42,448 bases of DNA from a virus. Under the pieces are notes generated by a model. That model did not search any database, was not told the DNA's origin, and saw nothing but the letters and a program-made list of their open reading frames with translations. Positions 24,404-31,758 of the stretch are shown here, piece by piece. The stretch is from positions 1-42,448 of IMG/VR virus record IMGVR_UViG_3300011466_000001, one strand, 5' to 3'. The first letter of the stretch is position 1, and every line of letters begins with the position of its first letter. The position numbers were made by a program, and so were the translations under genes.

Positions 24404-24600
24404 TATTTATCCTCCAATTCCATTACGTTTAATCTTTTTCTTAAATCTTTAATCTTGATCAACATAAGATTAACTTTGTTTAATATTTCGTTTGATGTGT
24501 CCATCCACAAAATAGACATCGCTTCTTTTTCAAGCGAATCTAATTCTTTATGCGCAAGAGTTACTATTGTTTCTGCAGAAATATCAACTTTGATTTTCAA
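24403..24600 (-). CDS. Hypothetical small protein
   Basis: 65 aa. TTG start with SD GGAGGAT 7 nt upstream. Confidence 0.4.
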   Translation of the reverse strand: MKIKVDISAETIVTLAHKELDSLEKEAMSILWMDTSNEILNKVNLMLIKIKDLRKRLNVMELEDK

Positions 24601-24654
24601 GATTGTTGATCCTCCAATTCTAGTCTTTTTTCGAACGTTATTTTCGTCTCATCT

Positions 24655-25419
24655 TTAGGCAGAAATTTCTTCATTTCCTAAAAACTTATTTACAAAATAT
24701 AGTTGCCCTTTACCAGTGATCAACGGAGTAAATTTAGTTACTAATACACCTTGACTGTTTGTTCTTAAGTGCTCTCTTACCTCCATAACTTTCAAATCAA
24801 GAGATCGTTGGGTTGGGTGATTCTTTCGACGTCCATCTTGGCAAAGATACCCATTATCTCTTAACCAATCGAACAAACGATTCTGTCCGATATCAATACC
24901 ATTTTGTTTCAGGATAGTTGCCAATTCTTTGACCAGACACGAATTTCCACTGGCTCTTACTGCATCTGAAAACAGTGCTTTAGGCTGCATTTCTTGGATA
25001 ATCAAATCTTTCTGCTTGAGTTGCTCGCCAGCCTGTAAAAGTAAATCAGCTAATGAATTCGGGTTGTGCGTGATATCATATGCTTTTTGATCAGTTAGGT
25101 ACGCGCCGTGTTTGCGGATTGTTGGTAGAACTTCGCTTGTTACCCAACGTTTGAATTTTTTTGCATTGGGAAGTTTGCTTGATAAAATCAATGAATATAA
25201 ACCTGATTCGTTAATGATTGTTAATCCTCGTGGAGATTCAAAAGTACCGTTTTGGTAGTTTTGACGATCTTCTTCATCAACATGGCGATTAATATCTCGA
25301 CTACCGTTTCGGTACCCTAAAATATCCGCTACATCTTTTCCTACAAAATATGGCTCATCATTTACTAAAACCGTTCGAACTTTGTTTTGTTCGAAATTAA
25401 AAATTTGTGGTGTGTTCAT
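24655..25419 (-). CDS. Bro-N / KilAC-domain antirepressor
   Basis: N-terminal Bro-N signature FNFEQNKVRTVLVNDEPYFVGKDVADILGY. C-terminal KilAC-like block LVKELATILKQNGIDIGQNRLFDWLRDNGYL. Confidence 0.8.
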   Translation of the reverse strand: MNTPQIFNFEQNKVRTVLVNDEPYFVGKDVADILGYRNGSRDINRHVDEEDRQNYQNGTFESPRGLTIINESGLYSLILSSKLPNAKKFKRWVTSEVLPTIRKHGAYLTDQKAYDITHNPNSLADLLLQAGEQLKQKDLIIQEMQPKALFSDAVRASGNSCLVKELATILKQNGIDIGQNRLFDWLRDNGYLCQDGRRKNHPTQRSLDLKVMEVREHLRTNSQGVLVTKFTPLITGKGQLYFVNKFLGNEEISA

Positions 25420-25497
25420 TTTTTTAAATCCTTTCTGTTGTATAATTTCCTTATCAGTCAGTGGTCGGCTGAAATAATGATAAGGAGGTGGAAAATC
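25415..25497 (+). promoter_or_regulatory. Regulatory cassette copy 1 (divergent RBS, TATAAT, 9-bp dyad overlapping the SD)
   Basis: ttcattttt..atcctttctgttgTATAATttCCTTATCAgt..N..TGATAAGGAGGtgg. Dyad arms are at 25448..25456 and 25478..25486. Confidence 0.6.
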
Positions 25498-25677
25498 ATG
25501 TATTTTGTTATCAGAAAAGCTACTAACGGTCAGTACTATTTTGTGATTAAAGCTGGCAATAACGAAGTAGTCGCTACTAGCGAAACCTATTTCTATAAAG
25601 AATCTGCCGAGAAAACTATTGATTCAATTAAGAAAGGAATCAACAGAGAATCAACCGTTGTTGACATGACCGATTAG
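25498..25677 (+). CDS. DUF1508 (YegP-like) small protein
   Basis: MYFVIRKATNGQYYFVIKAGNNEVVATSETYFYKESAEKTIDSIKKG matches the YegP/DUF1508 repeat pattern. SD AAGGAGGTGG. Confidence 0.7.
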   Translation: MYFVIRKATNGQYYFVIKAGNNEVVATSETYFYKESAEKTIDSIKKGINRESTVVDMTD

Positions 25678-25770
25678 CCTATATAATTCATTTGCTAGAG
25701 AAGTCATTTCTGCCGCTTTTTCCAGAAGCTGGTCGGCGATTTTCTCTAGTTCTTTTTCTTTATCATTCAT
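25651..25770 (-). CDS. Candidate 39-aa protein
   Basis: MNDKEKELEKIADQLLEKAAEMTSLANELYRLIGHVNNG. AGAAAGGA lies 8 nt before the ATG. Its 3' end overlaps the plus-strand gene by 27 nt. Confidence 0.35.
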   Translation of the reverse strand: MNDKEKELEKIADQLLEKAAEMTSLANELYRLIGHVNNG

Positions 25771-25845
25771 TTTTATTATCCTTTCTTTGGTATAATTTCC
25801 TTATCAGTGCGACAGACTGAAATAATTGATAAGGAGGTGGAACAT
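25765..25845 (+). promoter_or_regulatory. Regulatory cassette copy 2
   Basis: Same architecture as 25415..25497. TATAAT is at 25791..25796. Dyad arms are at 25798..25806 and 25827..25835. Confidence 0.6.
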
Positions 25846-26055
25846 ATGAACTTTTCTCAAGCTGATGCCGTTTGCGAATCTTTGCAAAATGTTTTAAACA
25901 CCATTAAAGACGGTTTTTATCTAACTGATGATACTGAAAATGAAATTGTTGGATTCAATCCAATTGACTCTTGGATAGTTGAAACCATCTATGACAACGG
26001 CGAATCTAGACTAGTCCATTGTTCAAACGTTTCTATTCTTTCGAAACACTATTAG
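25846..26055 (+). CDS. Orphan plus-strand protein, unknown function
   Basis: 69 aa, acidic. SD AAGGAGGTGG before the ATG at 25846. Confidence 0.55.
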   Translation: MNFSQADAVCESLQNVLNTIKDGFYLTDDTENEIVGFNPIDSWIVETIYDNGESRLVHCSNVSILSKHY

Positions 26056-26155
26056 GATCATGAATAATTTTTACCAACTGTTGCTCTAGGTTGCTTCCGA
26101 CAGCTTGGAGCAATTTTGCTATTTCTTCTGGTGTTGCTTCAATTGTGATTTTCAT
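26033..26155 (-). CDS. Candidate 40-aa protein
   Basis: MKITIEATPEEIAKLLQAVGSNLEQQLVKIIHDPNSVSKE. SD GAAGGAGGA. Its 3' end overlaps the plus-strand gene by 23 nt. Confidence 0.4.
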   Translation of the reverse strand: MKITIEATPEEIAKLLQAVGSNLEQQLVKIIHDPNSVSKE

Positions 26156-26171
26156 TTTGCATCCTCCTTCT

Positions 26172-26315
26172 CTATCGTTTTTTATCGACACAATCCATAA
26201 CAGCCTTTACAGTCCGTTCAGCTACTTCCTTAGGCATTTTGTCGCCATCTTTCACTGGACGACCATCGCTTGACCAGAAGAAATTAATTTTTGGATTTTC
26301 AACTACTTTTGACAT
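26172..26315 (-). CDS. Candidate 47-aa protein
   Basis: MSKVVENPKINFFWSSDGRPVKDG.. SD AAAGGAGG 7 nt before the ATG. Confidence 0.45.
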   Translation of the reverse strand: MSKVVENPKINFFWSSDGRPVKDGDKMPKEVAERTVKAVMDCVDKKR

Positions 26316-26331
26316 TTGAAAACCTCCTTTT

Positions 26332-27081
26332 TTATCTAGCTAATTCATTAGCGAAACTTTCAATGAACGCCTTACCTTTAGCAGTCCATTTTTGCTTGTC
26401 AGCAGTTTTGCCTACACCTCTGTACCCTTTATCCTGGTACTTAGCGTATAAGTGCCATTTGAAGCCTTTGCTCATTCGTTGTGGATAAACAATGCCTAGC
26501 TCGTGAAGCTTCTTACAGAAAAGATAGACACCAGGACCGCCGCTATAACCGAACTGACTTGCAACTTCTTCTGTTGTGTAAAGGACATCTGTTTTAATCT
26601 GTTCCAAAACACCTTGTTCAAAGTCTTGCTGATTCAACTGTGCTTTCAATTTCTCGTTTTCTTCCACGGTATCAGCAAGCTGTCTTAATGCGCTAGCATA
26701 GTTTTGAGGTAAGGAAAGTTTTGGTTGCTTCAACTCTTGTTCCATTTGATTGAATTGAGCGATATACTGAAGTTTGAATTTTGTTGCCTTTTCGCCTTGG
26801 TAGCCCATGACTAACAATGTCCAGCCGTCCTTGTTCATGTAGATCATTGGGTATCTGCGTTTGTTGCCTTCAGCTTGGTAATAATCTTCCAGAAACATTG
26901 ATGTATCAACAGAGCGCAAATCTGCGCTTTCTAAATCTTTCTTGATTTCAACCTTTTTTATATCGCTTCTGAGATTTCTAATATCACGCATGACATCTTT
27001 ATGGTTTTTCTCAAATGTCTCAGCAACTTGCAAACTTGTTGTAACTGGTTGAGCGTTTTTGATTTGTACTAGATTTGTCAT
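26332..27081 (-). CDS. Rha-family phage regulatory protein / antirepressor
   Basis: The N-terminus PVTTSLQVAETFEKNHKDVMRDIRNL is the Phage_pRha signature. It is the second gene of the early rightward-type operon. Confidence 0.7.
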   Translation of the reverse strand: MTNLVQIKNAQPVTTSLQVAETFEKNHKDVMRDIRNLRSDIKKVEIKKDLESADLRSVDTSMFLEDYYQAEGNKRRYPMIYMNKDGWTLLVMGYQGEKATKFKLQYIAQFNQMEQELKQPKLSLPQNYASALRQLADTVEENEKLKAQLNQQDFEQGVLEQIKTDVLYTTEEVASQFGYSGGPGVYLFCKKLHELGIVYPQRMSKGFKWHLYAKYQDKGYRGVGKTADKQKWTAKGKAFIESFANELAR

Positions 27082-27104
27082 TTTGAAACTTCCTTTCTTG
27101 TGGG

Positions 27105-27347
27105 TTATGTTGTTTGTTTATTTTGTAGCGTAAATGCGACTTTACCACCAAAAAAAATTTCGATTGCTTCTTGATCAGTTAACGGAATTTCTAACTTCAT
27201 TTTTTTTGCTTCTTCAATCGAGAAATCTCCACCTTTTTTCATTTTTCGATAAAAAGTACTTCGATCGATTCCGATTGAATCTGCTACTGCTTGTTGAGTA
27301 GTGCCCCGCTCTACGATAAGACCTTTTAATTTGTTTGTGTTGATCAT
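27105..27347 (-). CDS. Cro-like XRE-family HTH regulator
   Basis: 80 aa starting at the ATG at 27347 (SD AAAGGAGTGAGG). HTH TTQQAVADSIGIDRSTFYRKMK. It is divergent from the CI-like gene. Confidence 0.7.
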   Translation of the reverse strand: MINTNKLKGLIVERGTTQQAVADSIGIDRSTFYRKMKKGGDFSIEEAKKMKLEIPLTDQEAIEIFFGGKVAFTLQNKQTT

Positions 27348-27394
27348 GAACCTCACTCCTTTCTTTTGTCGCATTATCGCGACTTGTTAAAACA

Positions 27395-27423
27395 AATATA
27401 CCACCCTATTATTTATTAGTCAA
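27395..27423 (-). promoter_or_regulatory. Early lytic promoter (PR-like)
   Basis: Minus strand: TTGACT - 17 nt - TATATT. Confidence 0.55.
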
Positions 27424-27430
27424 TTAAAAA

Positions 27431-27469
27431 GTTGCATTAATGCGATTTATTTTGTTGCATTTTTGCAAC
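27431..27469. promoter_or_regulatory. Operator half-palindromes in the switch region
   Basis: GTTGCAttaaTGCGAt (27431..27446) and the perfect palindrome GTTGCAttttTGCAAC (27454..27469). The second overlaps the -35 of the repressor promoter. Confidence 0.5.
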
Positions 27470-27483
27470 GTATGTTTTATACT
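27455..27483 (+). promoter_or_regulatory. Repressor maintenance-type promoter (PRM-like)
   Basis: TTGCAT - 17 nt - TATACT, about 20 nt upstream of the CI-like start. Confidence 0.5.
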
Positions 27484-27503
27484 CTTTTTAAGAGGTGAGT
27501 GAA

Positions 27504-28211
27504 ATGGATATAGGAGAGAGAATGAAACTAAGGCGAAAGGAATTAAAATTAAGTGCTGATGTCGTCGCGGAAAAACTTGGAGTTTCTAGATCTACTATCT
27601 TTAGATATGAAAAAGGCGATATTGAAAAATTGCCTACAAATATTCTTGATGATATTGCAGAAGTTTTGAAAACAACCCCAGCTTTTTTAATGGGTTGGGA
27701 AGATGAAAATGTTCCATCCATTGAAACAATCTACAATCAATTAGAAAAACCAAGACAAACAAAAGTCTACAACTTTGCTGAACAGCAACTTGAAGAACAA
27801 AATAGTAAAGTGGTTCAATTCCCTGTTCAAAATAACCATGAAGAAGTGCAAGCTTACCTATCTGCTGGTACTGGTATTTTAAACTACTATGAAGCTGATA
27901 AAGATATAGTGGAAGTTCCAGCAGATGCGCCAGAACATGATTGGATATTTAAAATTGTCGGCGATTCTATGAAGCCGTTGTTTGATACTGGTGATATCGT
28001 GTATGTGGATGAGTTCAAACAAGGCATAGATACTATTCAAAATGGTAGAATTTATGTAGTTGAGGTTGATGGAGAAGCTTATATAAAGAAAGTCTATGTA
28101 TATGAAGAGACTAAAACACTTAGATTGGTTTCCCTTAACAAAGATTATATGGATTTGCTATTTAGATTTGAGGATTCGGATATTAAGTTTATCGGTCGTG
28201 TGATTATATAA
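27504..28211 (+). CDS. CI-like repressor (XRE HTH plus S24 LexA-like autopeptidase)
   Basis: N-terminal HTH LSADVVAEKLGVSRSTIFRYEKG. C-terminal GDSM serine motif and downstream lysine (YIKK). ATG at 27504 preceded by AAGAGGTGAG. Confidence 0.85.
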   Translation: MDIGERMKLRRKELKLSADVVAEKLGVSRSTIFRYEKGDIEKLPTNILDDIAEVLKTTPAFLMGWEDENVPSIETIYNQLEKPRQTKVYNFAEQQLEEQNSKVVQFPVQNNHEEVQAYLSAGTGILNYYEADKDIVEVPADAPEHDWIFKIVGDSMKPLFDTGDIVYVDEFKQGIDTIQNGRIYVVEVDGEAYIKKVYVYEETKTLRLVSLNKDYMDLLFRFEDSDIKFIGRVII

Positions 28212-28294
28212 AAATACCCCAGTCGAAGTTGGCGCTTCGGCTAGGGTTAGTATTTTTACTCAAAATTATTATATCAGAATGGAGAGAAAAAGTT

Positions 28295-28576
28295 ATGGCA
28301 AAATTAAAATGTCCGAGATGTAAGTCACCAAACGTTCAATTGATAGGTTCGAATGCGAATATCAGAAAAACTAAAAAATCGTCCTCATTAAATTTAAATC
28401 CTTTTAAACCGCTTACAGTTTTTAATCATAAAGAAAAACAAATCAAAAAGAAATCAACCGGTAAAATCGCAATGGGAATTGCCACAGGTGGAGTTTCAAC
28501 ACTTTTTACTGGATCGAAGCAAAGTAAAGGAAATGAATTCCATTGTGTGAACTGTGGAACTGTATTCAAGAAATAA
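28295..28576 (+). CDS. Zinc-ribbon protein with a Gly-rich hydrophobic segment (lysogeny operon)
   Basis: 93 aa. CPRC near the N-terminus and CVNC near the C-terminus. Central segment GKIAMGIATGGVSTLFTG. It lies between the repressor and the integrase on the same strand. Confidence 0.5.
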   Translation: MAKLKCPRCKSPNVQLIGSNANIRKTKKSSSLNLNPFKPLTVFNHKEKQIKKKSTGKIAMGIATGGVSTLFTGSKQSKGNEFHCVNCGTVFKK

Positions 28577-28672
28577 TAAAACACGCCCTCCCCTCACAGA
28601 ACGGCGTGCCAAGCAATAAACATATAGGCTTATTCCATACGCCTATTTTAACAATAAATAGGAGCTGATACA

Positions 28673-30049
28673 ATGAAAAAAGCTGGCATCTATATTCGAG
28701 TTTCCACTCCAGAGCAAGAAAAAAATGGATACTCTTTAAATGCTCAAGAGGAAAAACTAAAATCGTTTGCTCTAGCCAAAGATTATGAAGTAACCAAGGT
28801 TTATAGAGACGGCGGTTTCAGCGGCGCTAAACTTGAACGCCCTGCAATGCTAGAAATGATCGACGATATAGAAAATAATAGGCTTGATTTGGTTTTGGTT
28901 TACAAACTTGACCGTCTTTCTCGTAGCCAAAAAAATACAATGTATTTAATTGAGGATGTGTTTCTAAAAAACAATGTTGATTTCATTAGCATGCAGGAGA
29001 GTTTCGACACTACTACCTCTTTTGGCAGAGCTATGATTGGCATTCTATCGGTTTTTGCTCAGCTTGAGAGAGATAATATAAGAGAACGCATGATGCTGGG
29101 TAGAATGGAGCGTATTAAAAGAGGTTTCTATATGGGCGGTGGTAAGGTTTCGTTTGGCTACAGGTATAATCAAGAGTCAAATGTCTTAGAAATTGATGAA
29201 GGCGAAGCTGTGGCTGTTAGGCGTATGTTTGACTTGTTTCTAAGCGGCAAATCGGTTTACGGTTTAATAAATACGTTAAAAAAAGAGTTTCCACAGTATG
29301 AAAAAACTTTCTACGACGCTTCTGTAAGAAGACGATTAGCAAATGAACATTATATCGGAAACAGCCAATACGATGGCAAAACTTACGAAGCTACACACGA
29401 GCCTATAATTGATGATGTAACTTTTAACCAAACTCAAATTATGTTAAGCACTAGGTCGCATGGCAACGCATTTAAGCACAAGTATTTATTTTCTGGCATG
29501 ATCACATGTCAAAAGTGTGGAAAGTCTTACAACGGCTTTGAGAGTGTTTGCGGTAAGTATAGTAACAAATACTATCGGTGCTCCTCTACTACTTACAAAT
29601 TTAAAAAGAAAAACGGATGGGAGTGTTCGGGAAAAAGGTTTCGTTGCGAAGATGTAGACAAGTATATTTTAGATAAAATTAAATCTATCGCTACAGATCA
29701 AATTGTTTCAAAAAAATCCAAACCTAAACTCTTACCGATAAAAAAAGAAATAGATAAACTAAAAGCTCAACAAGCAAAACTTTTAGATTTATACTTGGAT
29801 GACAGAATCGATACTAATGTCCTTGATGAAAAATCAAAGAATATTAAAATTCTACTCGATAAATTAAACAAGCAACTTAAAGAAAAACCAGCAATTGAAA
29901 AGAAAGTCTTTGATGAATCCGTAGACAAGCTAGCGAATAACTTTGAAAGTTTGAGTTTTGAGCAGCAAAGGATTATGATAGGAAATGTAGTTGAAAAAAT
30001 TGAAGTAGTCGGCGATAAAATGGATGTTTATTTTTTTGACACCAAATAA
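28673..30049 (+). CDS. int: Large serine recombinase (integrase)
   Basis: 458 aa. N-terminal resolvase catalytic domain (AGIYIRVSTPEQ, VYKLDRLSRS). Recombinase and Zn-ribbon region (CQKCGK..YYRCSS). C-terminal coiled coil. Confidence 0.9.
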   Translation: MKKAGIYIRVSTPEQEKNGYSLNAQEEKLKSFALAKDYEVTKVYRDGGFSGAKLERPAMLEMIDDIENNRLDLVLVYKLDRLSRSQKNTMYLIEDVFLKNNVDFISMQESFDTTTSFGRAMIGILSVFAQLERDNIRERMMLGRMERIKRGFYMGGGKVSFGYRYNQESNVLEIDEGEAVAVRRMFDLFLSGKSVYGLINTLKKEFPQYEKTFYDASVRRRLANEHYIGNSQYDGKTYEATHEPIIDDVTFNQTQIMLSTRSHGNAFKHKYLFSGMITCQKCGKSYNGFESVCGKYSNKYYRCSSTTYKFKKKNGWECSGKRFRCEDVDKYILDKIKSIATDQIVSKKSKPKLLPIKKEIDKLKAQQAKLLDLYLDDRIDTNVLDEKSKNIKILLDKLNKQLKEKPAIEKKVFDESVDKLANNFESLSFEQQRIMIGNVVEKIEVVGDKMDVYFFDTK

Positions 30050-30088
30050 ACATTGGTTAGTACCAAAGATAAAATGGTCATATAAAAA

Positions 30089-30117
30089 GCTTTGTTTATA
30101 TCAACAAGCCTTTTTTC
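30089..30117 (+). terminator. Intrinsic terminator after the integrase
   Basis: GCuUUGUU-uauauc-AACAAGC (7 bp with one bulge) followed by CUUUUUUCUUU. Confidence 0.55.
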
Positions 30118-30133
30118 TTTACCTTTTGTTCGC

Positions 30134-30162
30134 TTTACAACAGGAACAAACGTTCGTATAAT
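30134..30162 (+). promoter_or_regulatory. Near-consensus sigma-70-type promoter
   Basis: TTTACA - exactly 17 nt - TATAAT, 21 nt upstream of the ATG at 30183. Confidence 0.6.
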
Positions 30163-30182
30163 TCTTGCGAGGAGTGATTGAT

Positions 30183-30473
30183 ATGCAAATACCATTAGCG
30201 CATCAAAGAACCTACGCATTAGAAAGATATTACTACGAGTTTATCGAGAGGATGGGTCCAGCACATTTCATGTATGACCAGTTTGTTAGGACAATGGAAA
30301 ATTTTGGGAAACCCTATTTCACTGTACCCATCAGCTATAGTCATTATTCGGAAGAGCTGGCTTTTGTATTTAAAATAGACGGCGAAAATTATCTGTTCGA
30401 TCACGTTAGGACCCAAGACAAAATTCTCCGAAAATACGATCCGAATATAAAATATAAGCCCGGTGGAAATTAA
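30183..30473 (+). CDS. attP-proximal moron protein, unknown function
   Basis: 96 aa. SD GAGGAGTG. It has its own promoter and terminator, and I recognise no family. Confidence 0.55.
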   Translation: MQIPLAHQRTYALERYYYEFIERMGPAHFMYDQFVRTMENFGKPYFTVPISYSHYSEELAFVFKIDGENYLFDHVRTQDKILRKYDPNIKYKPGGN

Positions 30474-30486
30474 AGCAACAAAAAAG

Positions 30487-30509
30487 CCCCCTACTCAAAC
30501 GAGTAAGGG
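30487..30509 (+). terminator. Hairpin copy 1 (terminator of the moron)
   Basis: CCCUACUC-aaac-GAGUAAGGG followed by AUUUCUCUAUU. 22/23 nt identical to 30746..30768. Confidence 0.5.
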
Positions 30510-30625
30510 ATTTCTCTATTGTGTCATGAATTTACAATTACAATATGCTGAAAAACATAAAAGTATTTTAGACGATATTCTAATCAATAATATCTATTAC
30601 GTTGAAATAATGATAAAATAAACAA

Positions 30626-30676
30626 GAAGAGTAGTTAGGCGCACTTCCCCAAGTTTTCACCGCCTAACTACTCTTC
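30626..30676. repeat. Perfect 16-bp inverted repeat with a 19-nt spacer (51 bp total)
   Basis: gaagagtagttaggcg - cacttccccaagttttcac - cgcctaactactcttc. On the minus strand it is followed by ttgtttatttta. Confidence 0.6.
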
Positions 30677-30745
30677 ATAAAGTATTGCACGCACCTACTA
30701 ATTTATAGTATAAACTTATTTACTGCAAGTAAAATGAATATGATC

Positions 30746-30768
30746 CCCCCTACTCAAAAGAGTAAGGG
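30746..30768. terminator. Hairpin copy 2 (next to the endolysin stop)
   Basis: CCCCUACUC-aaaa-GAGUAAGGGG, 9 nt from the endolysin stop. It is followed by a T-rich stretch on the plus strand. Confidence 0.45.
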
Positions 30769-30777
30769 GTGTTTGTG

Positions 30778-31722
30778 TTATAACTTATTGTTGTTTAGTG
30801 CTTTTTGCAAAGCTTTAACTGCGTTGGATGTTGGGCTGATGATACCATCTTGTGTTGTGCCTAATCGTTTCTGTAATGCCTTGATAGTTGCTTGGCCAAG
30901 AAGTCCATCTTGCGTAACGCCTAACAATTTTTGCAATGCTTTAATTACATTAGATCCTTTTAGTGTAGAATCAAATTGCGCTGCATAAACATTTTGATTG
31001 TACTTTTGCTTGTACTGATGACTAATCACACCATCTTGTGTTGTGCCAAAGTATTGTTGCAATCGTTTTGCAGTAGCAGCGCCGAATTTACCATCCACTG
31101 TTAGCTGGCTATAACTAGGCTTAGCGGTACTCGTTGTTGATCCGTTGTTAGATGTACTAGGTTTAGCAACTGTGGCATCGTTGCTAGTAGATTTTCCAAA
31201 CACCGCTTCTTTAAACCGTTCTAATTCACTTGGTTTACTTACCCATGGCGCTGGACAATTTTTGCCAGTCACATCGTAATGCCGCCAGATTGTATTTCTT
31301 GTAATTGCTGGATATTTGGCAACCAATTCTTTGACTGCTTTTACGGAATTTTGGAAAGTCTTTTCGGTGATATTCCCATTCTTATCCAGACACATTTCCA
31401 AGCCAATAGCGCCGTAGTTAGCATTGCCAATCTTAGAATACAAAGGTTTGTAAATCGTGCCGTCAGCGTTGTATTTTACCGTGTCGTTTGCATGGTAAGC
31501 GACTTCGTCTAACGGAATGATACAAATAGCTTCATTGTCATCTACAAACAAATGAGCAGATGCGTAGATGCCGTTTAGGTTATTGAAATACGTTTTATGG
31601 TTGCGCGCAGTGCCACCGTTGTTTGCTGTATAATGCATGATCAAACCCTTAATGCCATAGTTCTTGATTCCTGGCCGAGAAAACTTGTTGATATTGATGT
31701 ACTCATATTTGATAAAACTCAT
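30778..31722 (-). CDS. Endolysin: N-acetylmuramoyl-L-alanine amidase (Amidase_2/PGRP) plus PG_binding_1 repeats
   Basis: The N-terminus (IMHYTANNGGTARNH..AHLFVDD..AYHAND) is amidase_2-like. The C-terminus has three repeats of the type G(T/V)TQDG(v/l/i)I..xT.KALQK. Confidence 0.85.
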   Translation of the reverse strand: MSFIKYEYININKFSRPGIKNYGIKGLIMHYTANNGGTARNHKTYFNNLNGIYASAHLFVDDNEAICIIPLDEVAYHANDTVKYNADGTIYKPLYSKIGNANYGAIGLEMCLDKNGNITEKTFQNSVKAVKELVAKYPAITRNTIWRHYDVTGKNCPAPWVSKPSELERFKEAVFGKSTSNDATVAKPSTSNNGSTTSTAKPSYSQLTVDGKFGAATAKRLQQYFGTTQDGVISHQYKQKYNQNVYAAQFDSTLKGSNVIKALQKLLGVTQDGLLGQATIKALQKRLGTTQDGIISPTSNAVKALQKALNNNKL

Positions 31723-31758
31723 GTTTATCCCTCCGATTTTGTATTAAAAAAGAGCAGC

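Noticed and set aside
26091-26488. Plus-strand ORFs 26091..26273 and 26291..26488
   Set aside because: Hydrophobic, low-complexity translations with no SD. The same DNA encodes minus-strand micro-ORFs with strong SDs and the 3' end of the Rha-like gene.
27488-27721. 77-aa minus-strand ORF opposite the repressor N-terminus
   Set aside because: It is antisense to the clearly recognisable HTH domain of the CI-like repressor. It would start inside the operator and promoter region with no SD.
30028-30416. Minus-strand ORFs 30028..30219 and 30219..30416
   Set aside because: They are antisense to the integrase 3' end, its terminator, the consensus promoter and the moron ORF. They have no SD, and the plus-strand signals are much stronger.
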